NCBI GenBank assembly: GCA_963704165.1
Contig: CAVPHD010000001.1
Location: 192,001-256,000 of the forward strand
Direction: 5' to 3'
DNA from: an uncultured delta proteobacterium
Lineage (GTDB): Bacteria > Myxococcota_A > UBA9160 > SZUA-336
Length of the DNA: 64,000 nt
Below are positions 18,627 to 27,415 of this stretch, one piece after another; within the stretch, counting starts at the first letter, position 1; the number at the start of each line of letters is the position of its first letter. The notes under the pieces were generated by a model. The model saw nothing but the letters and a program-made list of their open reading frames with translations, was not told the DNA's origin and made no database searches. A program made the translations under genes and the position numbers.

Positions 18627-19487
18627 CTAGGCAGTCACCCGCCGGATATCGCGGTTCCTGCCGATCCGCCAGCGCTCGAGACCCGCGGGTTGATAGGCGA
18701 TCACGAACACGCGGCGGTTGCTCTGGCTGTGATTCGACCGGGAGCCGTGCACGAGGTCGCGGTGGAACCAGACGACGGAGCCCGCGGGAAGCTCGGTCGG
18801 CACGGGCTCACCCTCGACTTGCGCGACGTCGGTGTAGAGCGCACCGAGCGCGCCTCGGCCGGTGAGCGCAGGGAGCGTCCCGCGCGTGTGACTGCCGGGA
18901 ATCACCCAGAGGCATCCGTTCTCCTTGGTCGCCTCGTCCAGGTAGATCAGCACGCTGACGATCCGATCCAGCTGCTGTGCACCGTGCGCCCAGTAGGGGC
19001 CTTCCTGGTGCCAGGGGAATGGCGCTCCGCCGGGGCGCTTCACGTTGAGCTTGTCGCTGAACAGGCTCAGCGCGTCGGAGCCGATGATCTTCGTCACGGG
19101 CTGCCACATGCGCGCGTCGTCGATCAACGCGTCGAAGCGCGCGTCGAGATGGTGGGCCGGCTCCATCGAGCGAACCGCGCGAAGTGCGGGCGACCACTCC
19201 CATTTGATCGTGGAGCCGCACACGCTCTGATACTTCTGGTTGTCCACCACGTCGGTGGGGCCGCCCTCGCCCTTCTCCGCGGTCTCAAGCACCCGTTGGT
19301 GAGCGTTCTCGGCGGCCTCGCGAAGCTCTACGAGATCCCGCTCGGAGAGAACCCGTTCACGGCAGAAGAAACCCCTGCTCTCGTACTGCTCCAGCTCCGA
19401 TTGCGTCGCGTCGTACACCGGCTTCGAACTCCTCTGCGCCACGGCCCCGAACGAGTCGGGGCTCGGGCGCGGTATGTTCGTCGGCAC
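18627..19487 (-). CDS. Phytanoyl-CoA dioxygenase (PhyH) family Fe/2OG enzyme
   Basis: WHQEGPYW, ATKENGCLWVIPGSH, LVHGS..N.S...RR. Confidence 0.9.
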   Translation of the reverse strand: MPTNIPRPSPDSFGAVAQRSSKPVYDATQSELEQYESRGFFCRERVLSERDLVELREAAENAHQRVLETAEKGEGGPTDVVDNQKYQSVCGSTIKWEWSPALRAVRSMEPAHHLDARFDALIDDARMWQPVTKIIGSDALSLFSDKLNVKRPGGAPFPWHQEGPYWAHGAQQLDRIVSVLIYLDEATKENGCLWVIPGSHTRGTLPALTGRGALGALYTDVAQVEGEPVPTELPAGSVVWFHRDLVHGSRSNHSQSNRRVFVIAYQPAGLERWRIGRNRDIRRVTA

Positions 19488-19529
19488 TCCGACGCACGGG
19501 TATGACCGAAGTCATCTACGCGCCGAGGA

Positions 19530-20501
19530 TCAGGCGAGCAGACCCATCTCGACGTAGCCTGGCGCCGTGCGCTCGGTGATCAGGCCGAGGCGCTTGAGCT
19601 GCGGAACCACGTACTCGCGGAACGGGTTCGGCTGCGCGGCGCGGAACGCGGGATCCGAGAACTTCTCGGTGAGCTCGGCCAGCGCGACTTCCCGATCGAT
19701 TCCGACCTCGCCGAAGATCTCGAAGAGCGGTCCGCCGTTCTGGGCCTGAGCCGCCGGGTCGGCCAGGAGCCGAACACCCGCGAGCGCGAAGTCCTCGACG
19801 GCGTTCCGGTCCGGCTCCGACATGCGCGGCAGCTCTTCCTTCATGTAGATCAGGCCGAACGAAACGTGGCGGGCTTCGTCCTGCGCGGTGAGGTCCACGA
19901 CGCGGGCGAGCACTTCGTCCTGCGTCGAGGCCTTCATCATGCGGAAGCTACCCATCGCGAGGCTCTCCGCGATCACCTGCATGCCGACGCACTTCATCTG
20001 CCACATCTCGGCCGTGAGCACCGCGTTCAGCAACGCCTTCAGCGACGGCATGATCGGGTAGACCCGATCGAGACGCTTGATGTACCGGTGGAAGACCTCG
20101 ACGTGGCGCGCTTCGTCGATCACCTGCGTGGCGGCGTAGAGCTTGCCGTCCATGTCGGGCACGGCATCCACCAGCTGCCCGCAGCACAGGAGCGCCCCCT
20201 GCTCGCCGTGCAGCATCTGGGACATCGTCCAGGCCGACCTGCGCTTCGAGAGCTCGACGCGCTTGTCGTCGGGGAGGGCCTTGATGAAGTTGAAATCGCG
20301 CAGCGGATCCCCGCCCGGTCCCGCGACCTCACCGACCTTCGCCGGGTCGGTCTCGAGCTCCCAGGGAATGTCCGTCGCCGCGTTCCACTGCTCGCGCTTC
20401 GCCACCTCGTACAGGTCGCGGAGCGTCTTCACGTTGGCTTCGTAGTCGAAGCGCCAAAGCGTCTTGATGGGGGTGATGATCTGCTCGAGCGTCGTGGTCA
20501 T
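19530..20501 (-). CDS. Ferritin-like diiron enzyme (AurF-like)
   Basis: HGEQGAL...DEARH and ESLAM...DEARH, i.e. two E..ExxH sets. Confidence 0.85.
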   Translation of the reverse strand: MTTTLEQIITPIKTLWRFDYEANVKTLRDLYEVAKREQWNAATDIPWELETDPAKVGEVAGPGGDPLRDFNFIKALPDDKRVELSKRRSAWTMSQMLHGEQGALLCCGQLVDAVPDMDGKLYAATQVIDEARHVEVFHRYIKRLDRVYPIMPSLKALLNAVLTAEMWQMKCVGMQVIAESLAMGSFRMMKASTQDEVLARVVDLTAQDEARHVSFGLIYMKEELPRMSEPDRNAVEDFALAGVRLLADPAAQAQNGGPLFEIFGEVGIDREVALAELTEKFSDPAFRAAQPNPFREYVVPQLKRLGLITERTAPGYVEMGLLA

Positions 20502-20536
20502 GGCTGCCTCTCCCTGTGCTCTCCTGGAGCGATTGG

Positions 20537-20568
20537 TGGATACTATTCCATGCTTTGTGTAGTGTCCA
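20537..20568. promoter_or_regulatory. Putative TetR operator
   Basis: TGGATACTA-N14-TAGTGTCCA inverted repeat (1 mismatch) in the AT-rich gap between divergent genes. Confidence 0.6.
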
Positions 20569-20575
20569 TTCTTGG

Positions 20576-21208
20576 ATGGAGCCCATAGCCAAAGACGAGG
20601 CACCGGCGGCCGAGGGGCGTCGCGACCGGCGCAAACGAGAGGTCCGCGGTCGCGTCTACCGGGCGGCGCAGGATCTGTTCCTCGAACAGGGCTTCGATCA
20701 AACGACCGTGGCGCAGATCGCCGAGGCCGCCGACGTCGTCCCGCAGACCCTGTTCAATCACTTCCAGAGCAAACAGGCGCTGCTCGGTGAGATCACGAGC
20801 GGTGTCGTGGACTACCTGCAGGGAATGCTGGAGGAGCACTTTCGAAGTCCGGCCCCGACCCGGGAGCGGTTGGCCGGATTCGCGACGGCCGCCGCTCGGC
20901 AGATCGCGCAGACCCGCGGGGTGGCTCGGGACGTTCTGCTGGAATTGATTCGCACGGAGTGCGAGCCCGGTGATTCTCCTCCCTATCTGCAGCGGGTTCA
21001 CGAGCCGTTCGTCGAGATGTTGCGCGAGGGTCAGCAACGCGGAGAAGTGCGACCGGAGCCGGACCCCTCATTTCTGGCCGAGATGGTCGTCGGCGTGATG
21101 AACGCGGCGCTGATGCGCTGGCTCGCGGACGCGAGCTACCCGATCGACGAGCGCCTGCCCGAAGCCGCGGAGTTCGCCTGGGAGGCGGTTCGGCAACGCT
21201 CCTCGTAG
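20576..21208 (+). CDS. TetR/AcrR family regulator
   Basis: LFLEQGFDQTTVAQIAEAADV..QTLFNHFQSK HTH. Confidence 0.93.
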   Translation: MEPIAKDEAPAAEGRRDRRKREVRGRVYRAAQDLFLEQGFDQTTVAQIAEAADVVPQTLFNHFQSKQALLGEITSGVVDYLQGMLEEHFRSPAPTRERLAGFATAAARQIAQTRGVARDVLLELIRTECEPGDSPPYLQRVHEPFVEMLREGQQRGEVRPEPDPSFLAEMVVGVMNAALMRWLADASYPIDERLPEAAEFAWEAVRQRSS

Positions 21209-21264
21209 CTCGGGTCGGTCTCGCGCTTCTGCTCCTCGTCGCTGCCGAGGCGCAGACGGGCCGC

Positions 21265-21816
21265 GTGGTCGGCGTGGTCGATGGCGACACGCTCGTCGTG
21301 CAGATAAAGGACGGTTCGCGACTGACGCTCCGCCTGCACGGCATCGACGCGCCCGAGCGCGACCAGCCCCATTCCGACGAAGCGCTGCGCACCTTGAACG
21401 AGCTCGTCGGGGGCAGGACCGTCCGGTTCGAGGTGATCGACATCGATCGCTACGGGCGCACGGTCGCGCGCGTTCACGTCGGCGACACCGACGCGAACGC
21501 CGAGCTCGTGCGGCGCGGCGCGGCCTGGGTCTATCGCCGGTACAGCGACGACCCCGTCCTGCTCGCGTCGGAACGCGAGGCACGTGCGGAGAAGCGCGGG
21601 CTCTGGGCACGGCCCGCATCGGAGCGCGTTCCGCCGTGGGACTGGCGACGAGGGGATCGAACGCCGAAGGCAGTGCCGGAGGCCAGCTGCGGACGGAAGT
21701 CCCTCTGCCGCGAGATGTCGAGCTGCTCCGAAGCGCGTTTTCATCTCGAGACCTGCGGATTGAAGCGGCTCGACGGCGACGGTGACGGCATTCCCTGCGA
21801 GAGCCTCTGCAACTAG
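21265..21816 (+). CDS. Thermonuclease with C-terminal Excalibur Ca-binding domain; true start probably upstream
   Basis: VVDGDT, RLHGIDAPE, DRYGR, EARAEKRGLW; CG...LDGDGDGIPCE. Confidence 0.9.
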   Translation: MVGVVDGDTLVVQIKDGSRLTLRLHGIDAPERDQPHSDEALRTLNELVGGRTVRFEVIDIDRYGRTVARVHVGDTDANAELVRRGAAWVYRRYSDDPVLLASEREARAEKRGLWARPASERVPPWDWRRGDRTPKAVPEASCGRKSLCREMSSCSEARFHLETCGLKRLDGDGDGIPCESLCN

Positions 21817-21907
21817 AGGAACTCGGTTCGTGCACCCCGGGCCGATTTGGTTCGGACGGCCCACGCGTCGTATCGTGTGGGCGCCGGCTCGAGGAGGGAG
21901 TGAAGAC

Positions 21908-22111
21908 GTGAACCGTTCGCCGAGGTGGATTGCGCTCGCGCCGATCGCTGCCGTCCTCTGGCTCGGTGCGGCCTGCGCGTCGAACGCGCCGGTCGATCTG
22001 CCCAACGAGACGCTCGTGGTCAACATGAATGCGAAGATCGACGATGCGACCCGCGCGAAGGTCGAAGCGGATCTCGACGCGCTCTTCGAGAGCGAGAAGG
22101 AGATCTTCTGA
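21908..22111 (+). CDS. YnbE-like lipoprotein
   Basis: GGAGGGAG RBS, lipobox GAAC, VNMNAKID...KVEADLDALF...IF. Confidence 0.7.
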   Translation: MNRSPRWIALAPIAAVLWLGAACASNAPVDLPNETLVVNMNAKIDDATRAKVEADLDALFESEKEIF

Positions 22112-22455
22112 TGGCCGCCCGATTCGCGGTGACGGCGATCGTTCTCGCTCTCGTGATCGGGTTCGCGTCGTCCGCTTCGTCCGTCGGCATCGATCTCACT
22201 CGCGCGAAGGGCCAGGGGCTCATCGGGGAGAAGGCCGATGGCTACGTCGCGATCGTCGTCGAGCAGACGAACTCCCTGATCCAGGCGATCGTCCGGAGAA
22301 CCAACGCGAAGCGCCGGGCAGCGTACGAGGAGATCGCTCGACGACACGGTGCGAGCGTCGACGCCGTTGCGGTGCTCGCGGGCGCGAAGCTGACCGAACG
22401 CGCGGGTCGGGGTCAGTGGGTGACGGACACGGACGGAGTCTGGCGCAGAAAGTGA
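22111..22455 (+). CDS. YdbL/DUF1318 family protein
   Basis: AKGQGLIGEKADGY, NAKRRAAYEEIA, GVWRRK; start overlaps the upstream stop. Confidence 0.85.
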   Translation: MAARFAVTAIVLALVIGFASSASSVGIDLTRAKGQGLIGEKADGYVAIVVEQTNSLIQAIVRRTNAKRRAAYEEIARRHGASVDAVAVLAGAKLTERAGRGQWVTDTDGVWRRK

Positions 22456-22499
22456 GTCCGAGCGGCGTTGTAGGATCGACGCCGACGCAGAGGTGCTCC

Positions 22500-23663
22500 A
22501 TGGGTTCAGGGATCCGGGCCGAGGGCGAGAACGCCGCGCGCTACGCGCGGGTACGCGAGGTCTTCGAGAGGAGCCTCGAGTCGGGTGAGGTCGGCGCGGC
22601 CCTGGCCGTGACCGTCGATGGCGAGCCGGTCGTCGATCTCTGGGGCGGCCATCGCGACGCTGCGCGGACGCTGCCCTGGCAGCGAGACACGATCGTGAAC
22701 GTCTACTCGACGACGAAGGGCATGACGGCGATCTGCGCGAATCGACTGGCCGAGCAGGGCCGTCTCGATCTCGACGCGCCCGTCGCGCAGTACTGGCCGG
22801 AGTTCGCGCAGGCGGGGAAATCGGAGATCCCGGTGCGCTGGTTGCTCTCGCACCGCGCGGGTCTGGCCGCGCTTCGCGCGCAGGTGCCACCGGACGCGCG
22901 CTACGACTGGAAGTTCATGACCGAGGCGCTCGCCGCGGAAACACCCTGGTGGGAGCCCGGCACGAAGCACGGCTATCACGCGCTGACCTTCGGCTACCTC
23001 GTCGGCGAGATCGTGCGCCGTGTCGACGGCCGCACGCTCGGCGCGTACTTCCGCGACGAACTCGCTTCGCCGCTCGGTCTGGACTTCTGGATCGGATTCG
23101 GTCCCGAGCTCGACGGGCGAGTGGCCGACATGATCCCCGCGTCTCCGTCACCGCCCGGTGTTCCAAACCCGTTCGCCGCGGCGACTCGAAATCCCGAGTC
23201 CCTCGTCGGTCGGGTCTTCGGGAATCCCGTCGTCGAGACGGGCGCGGTCAACTCACGCGCCTGGCGCGCGGCGGAGATCCCCGCGGCCAATGGCCACGGG
23301 ACGGCGCGCGGGCTCGCGCGGATCTACGGGGCGCTCGCGCGCGACGGCGAGCTCGACGGCATGTCCGTGCTCTCGCCCGCGCAGATCGCGCTCGCGAACA
23401 CGGAGCAGAGCTTCGGCCCCGACGAGGTGCTCTCGCCGCTCCACACGCGCTTCGGACTCGGCTTCTTCATGACCCAGAAGATGATCCCGTTCGGGCCGAA
23501 CGAGCGCTCCTTCGGCCATCCCGGCGCGGGCGGCTCGATCGCCTTCGCCGATCCGGACGCACGGCTCGGACTCGCCTACGTGATGAACGGGATGCAGGCG
23601 GGTCTGGCCGGCGACGCGCGCGGCTTCCGCTTGATCGCAGAGGTCTACGAGGCGCTGAAGTGA
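22500..23663 (+). CDS. Serine hydrolase (beta-lactamase/EstA-like)
   Basis: STTK (SxxK), LSHRAGL, HGYH, FGHPGAGGS. Confidence 0.92.
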   Translation: MGSGIRAEGENAARYARVREVFERSLESGEVGAALAVTVDGEPVVDLWGGHRDAARTLPWQRDTIVNVYSTTKGMTAICANRLAEQGRLDLDAPVAQYWPEFAQAGKSEIPVRWLLSHRAGLAALRAQVPPDARYDWKFMTEALAAETPWWEPGTKHGYHALTFGYLVGEIVRRVDGRTLGAYFRDELASPLGLDFWIGFGPELDGRVADMIPASPSPPGVPNPFAAATRNPESLVGRVFGNPVVETGAVNSRAWRAAEIPAANGHGTARGLARIYGALARDGELDGMSVLSPAQIALANTEQSFGPDEVLSPLHTRFGLGFFMTQKMIPFGPNERSFGHPGAGGSIAFADPDARLGLAYVMNGMQAGLAGDARGFRLIAEVYEALK

Positions 23664-23669
23664 ACACCG

Positions 23670-24854
23670 ATGTGTGACACACTCGCGATCGTCACGAGCG
23701 ACGGAGTTCTGTTCGCGAAGAACTCCGACCGCGACGCGAACGAAGCCCAGTTTCTCGACTGGCAGCCGCGTGCGGAGTTCGCGCCCGGCACGAACGTGCG
23801 CTGCACCTGGCTCGAGATCCCACAGGTACCGCAAACGCATGCGGTTCTGCTATCGCGGCCGTACTGGATGTGGGGCGCGGAGATCGGCGCGAACGAGCAC
23901 GGCGTCACGATCGGAAACGAGGCGGTCTTCACGCGCGAGCCCTACGCCGCGACCGGGCTGACCGGCATGGACCTGCTCCGGCTCGCGCTCGAGCGCGCGC
24001 GCACGGCCGACGAGGCCGTCGAGGTCATCGTGACGCTGCTCGAGCGGCACGGACAGGGGGGCGGCTGTGGCTACGAGAACCGCAGCTTCACCTACCACAA
24101 CAGCTTTCTCGTCGCGGACCCCCGCTGTGCGATCGTACTCGAGACCGCGGGGCGACATACCGCGACCGAGCGCGTCTCGGGAGCGCGCTCGATCTCGAAC
24201 GTGCTCACGATTCCGGCCTTCGCGCGAGCGCATTCAGACCGGATCAAGACGGGTGTCGCCGCGGGTCGTCCGCGACGCGCGCGCACGACCGAGCTCGCTT
24301 CGCACGCGAAATCGCCGTCCGACCTGATGGCCATCCTGCGAGACCACGGAGACGGCCGACGCTGGCCGGTGTACGCGCGCGCCAATGGCGCCATGCGCGC
24401 GCCGTGCGTGCACGCGGGCGGGCTCGTCGCCGCCTCGCAGACCACGGCTTCCTGGGTCGCCGACCTCCGGACGGGCGATTCCCGGCACTGGGCGACCGCG
24501 ACCGCGGCTCCGTGCCTCTCGGTCTTCAAGCCGGTTCGGGTGCTCGAGCCGCTCTCGCTGGGACCCGCGCCGTCCGACCGCTACGACCCCGCGAGCCTCT
24601 GGTGGCGGCACGAACGTCTGCATCGCTTTCTGATCGCGGACCCGACGCGACTCGCCGAGGACTACGTGGTCGAGCGCGATGCCCTCGAGGCGGAGCTCGA
24701 CGCCGCACACGCGGGCCCGGCCGAATCCTTCGAGCGCGCCGAATCCCTGCTCGGTGTCTGGCTCGAGCGGATCCGCACGCAATCGCGGGCGGATCGACGC
24801 CCGACGATCGCTCGCGCGTACTGGCGCAAGCGCGACGCCCGCGTCGGTCTCTGA
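23670..24854 (+). CDS. C69 dipeptidase/secernin-like Ntn hydrolase
   Basis: MCDT N-terminal Cys, AKNSDRD.NE, WGAEIGANEHGVTIGNE. Confidence 0.9.
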   Translation: MCDTLAIVTSDGVLFAKNSDRDANEAQFLDWQPRAEFAPGTNVRCTWLEIPQVPQTHAVLLSRPYWMWGAEIGANEHGVTIGNEAVFTREPYAATGLTGMDLLRLALERARTADEAVEVIVTLLERHGQGGGCGYENRSFTYHNSFLVADPRCAIVLETAGRHTATERVSGARSISNVLTIPAFARAHSDRIKTGVAAGRPRRARTTELASHAKSPSDLMAILRDHGDGRRWPVYARANGAMRAPCVHAGGLVAASQTTASWVADLRTGDSRHWATATAAPCLSVFKPVRVLEPLSLGPAPSDRYDPASLWWRHERLHRFLIADPTRLAEDYVVERDALEAELDAAHAGPAESFERAESLLGVWLERIRTQSRADRRPTIARAYWRKRDARVGL

Positions 24855-24891
24855 CGCGGCACACGACGACTTCGTCCTGTACGATGGCGGC

Positions 24892-25977
24892 ATGCCGCAA
24901 CGACAGGAACAGGAAGGCGCGAAGACGGAAGTGACCGAAGTCGCGCCGAACATCCTGCGCATGCAGCTTCCGATCTCGATGCCGGGCCTGGGTCACGTCA
25001 ACTGCTACGCGCTGATCGACGACGAGGGCGCGGCCCTCGTCGATCCAGGCTTGCCGGGATCTTCGACCTGGAAGGCGCTTCAGGATCGCCTGAAGCAGGC
25101 GGGGCTTCAGACGAAGCACGTGCACACGATCGTGGTCACTCACTCACACCCCGATCACTTCGGCGGCGCGGCTCGCTTCGTCAAGGAGTCCGGCGCGAAA
25201 GTGATCGCGCACCGGAACTTCCGCTTCGGTCTGCCGCAGGACAAACCCGAGGTTTCCGTCGAGGACCTCGAGGCCCAACCAACCGTCGAGGGGGACGCAG
25301 CGAGGGCCGAGCCCGAGACGGAGTCGGCGAAGGCGCGCTGGGGCAGCTGGAGCGGATCCACGCCCTGGGGCGGGGAGCGACCCCGGCCGTCGTTCACTCA
25401 CCGCGTGCGCTGGAGAATGATGCGCATGGCCGGCGGCAGCTTCGTTCCCGAGGTCTCCGATCCGGTGGAGCACGGCAACTTCCTTCGGCTCGCCAATCGC
25501 GACTGGTTCATCCTGCACACGCCGGGTCATACGGAAGATCACATCTGCCTGCACGATCCCGAGCACGGGGTCTTCCTCGGCGGCGACCACGTTCTGCCGA
25601 CCATCACACCGCACATTTCCGGGATCTCGTCGTCACGCGACCCGCTCGCGTCGTTCTTCTACTCGCTCGACCGCGTCGCGGAGATCTCGGGCATCAAGCA
25701 GGCACTGCCCGCGCACGGACACCCGTTCACCGACCTGCGCGCGCGCACCGAGGCGATCAAGCGCCACCACTTCGAACGACTCGACAAGATCCTCGAGATC
25801 TCGCGCGAGCTCGGGCCCGCCACCGTCGCGGAGATCTCCCAGAAGCTCTTCCGCGAGCGCAGCTGGGGCTCGATGGCCGAGAGCGAGACCTATGCCCACC
25901 TCGAGCACCTGCGCATCGCCGGTCGCGGCGAGAGCCGTCGCGGCAAGGACGAGAAGCTCGTCTACACGCTCGGCTAA
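24892..25977 (+). CDS. MBL-fold metallo-hydrolase
   Basis: THSHPDHFG, TPGHT, GDHVLP, PAHG. Confidence 0.9.
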   Translation: MPQRQEQEGAKTEVTEVAPNILRMQLPISMPGLGHVNCYALIDDEGAALVDPGLPGSSTWKALQDRLKQAGLQTKHVHTIVVTHSHPDHFGGAARFVKESGAKVIAHRNFRFGLPQDKPEVSVEDLEAQPTVEGDAARAEPETESAKARWGSWSGSTPWGGERPRPSFTHRVRWRMMRMAGGSFVPEVSDPVEHGNFLRLANRDWFILHTPGHTEDHICLHDPEHGVFLGGDHVLPTITPHISGISSSRDPLASFFYSLDRVAEISGIKQALPAHGHPFTDLRARTEAIKRHHFERLDKILEISRELGPATVAEISQKLFRERSWGSMAESETYAHLEHLRIAGRGESRRGKDEKLVYTLG

Positions 25978-25982
25978 CGGCC

Positions 25983-26636
25983 ATGCGCGCGATTCTCTGG
26001 GACAACGACGGTGTCCTCGTCGATACCGAGGACCTGTACTACCTGGCCACGCGTGAGCTGCTCGCGGAGCTCGACGTCGAGCTTTCGGTAGCCGACTTCG
26101 TCGGCGTGTCCCTGCGCGAGGGCCGGAGCTGCTTCGACCTGGCCCTCGAGCGCGGCGTCGCGGCGGATCGCGTCGAGAATGCGCGCATCCGGCGCAACTG
26201 CCGCTACGAGGAGCTCCTGCGCCGCGGTGTCGATCCGATCGATGGCATCGCCGAGACCCTGCACGCGCTGCGCGGATCGGTGCGCATGGCCATCGTCACG
26301 AGCACGCGTCCGGAGCACTTCGCGCTCGTGCACGAGCGCGCCGGCATCCGCCACCACTTCGAGCTCGTGCTCACCGGCGCGGACTACACGCGCTTCAAGC
26401 CGGACCCCGAGCCCTACCTGCTGGCCGCGGATCGCCTCGGTCTCCGGCCGGCCGACTGTCTGGTGGTCGAGGATTCCGAACGCGGGCTCGTCTCGGCGAC
26501 GCGCGCCGGAATGCGCTGCATCGTCATTCCGCGCGGTCTGTCGCTCGGCGGAGATTACTCGAAGGCGTACCGGGTTCTGAGCAGCGCCAGCGAGCTCGTT
26601 CCGATCGTGCGCGAGCTCGGCGCGGTCTCTCGCTGA
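25983..26636 (+). CDS. HAD family phosphatase
   Basis: WDNDGVLVDT, KPDPEPY, VEDS. Confidence 0.92.
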   Translation: MRAILWDNDGVLVDTEDLYYLATRELLAELDVELSVADFVGVSLREGRSCFDLALERGVAADRVENARIRRNCRYEELLRRGVDPIDGIAETLHALRGSVRMAIVTSTRPEHFALVHERAGIRHHFELVLTGADYTRFKPDPEPYLLAADRLGLRPADCLVVEDSERGLVSATRAGMRCIVIPRGLSLGGDYSKAYRVLSSASELVPIVRELGAVSR

Positions 26637-26642
26637 CGGAGG

Positions 26643-27401
26643 TCACGGCCCCTCGGTCTCGCCCTCCGGCACGATCCGCTCGCGCAGGCGCACCGGCTTG
26701 GCGCGCGGACGCAGGCGCAGGTTGAGCATCTCGACGCCGAGCGAGAACGCCATCGCAAAGTAGATGTAGCCCTTGGGAATGTGCTGATCGAATCCCTCCG
26801 CGACCAGCGCGAACCCGATCAGCAAGAGGAAGCTCAACGCGAGCATCTTCACCGTCGGGTGACTCTCGACGAAGCGGCTGATCGGAGCGGCGAAGACGAG
26901 CATGAAGCCGACGGCGATCACCACCGCCGCGATCATGACGCCGATCTGATCGACCATGCCGACGGCGGTGATCACGGAGTCGAGCGAGAAGACGATGTCG
27001 AGCAGGAGGATCTGTACGATCACGCTCGAGAACGACGCGGCCGTTCGCGTCGAGATGTGGCCCGGCTCGCCCTCGAGCTTCTGGTGGATCTCGTGCGTGC
27101 TCTTCGTGAGCAGGAAGAGCCCGCCGAGAAGCAGGATCAGGTCCCGGCCGGAGATCTCCTCTCCGAAGACCGTGAAGAGCGGAGCGGTCAGGCGGATGAT
27201 CCAGACGATCGAGAAGAGCAAGGCGATGCGCATCAACATGGCGAGCCCGAGACCGACGCTGCGCGCACGCGCCTGCTGCTCGAGCGGGAGCTTGCCCGCC
27301 AGGATCGAGATGAACACCACGTTGTCGATTCCGAGCACGATCTCGAGTGCCGTCAGCGTCGCGAGCGCAATCCAGATCTGGGGATCCGTCAGCCAGTCCA
27401 A
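26643..27401 (-). CDS. TerC family membrane protein
   Basis: LEIVLGIDN, DIVFSLDSVITAVG, KGYIYFAMAFS; TTG start inferred. Confidence 0.93.
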   Translation of the reverse strand: MDWLTDPQIWIALATLTALEIVLGIDNVVFISILAGKLPLEQQARARSVGLGLAMLMRIALLFSIVWIIRLTAPLFTVFGEEISGRDLILLLGGLFLLTKSTHEIHQKLEGEPGHISTRTAASFSSVIVQILLLDIVFSLDSVITAVGMVDQIGVMIAAVVIAVGFMLVFAAPISRFVESHPTVKMLALSFLLLIGFALVAEGFDQHIPKGYIYFAMAFSLGVEMLNLRLRPRAKPVRLRERIVPEGETEGP

Positions 27402-27415
27402 TGCGACGCCCCCGC

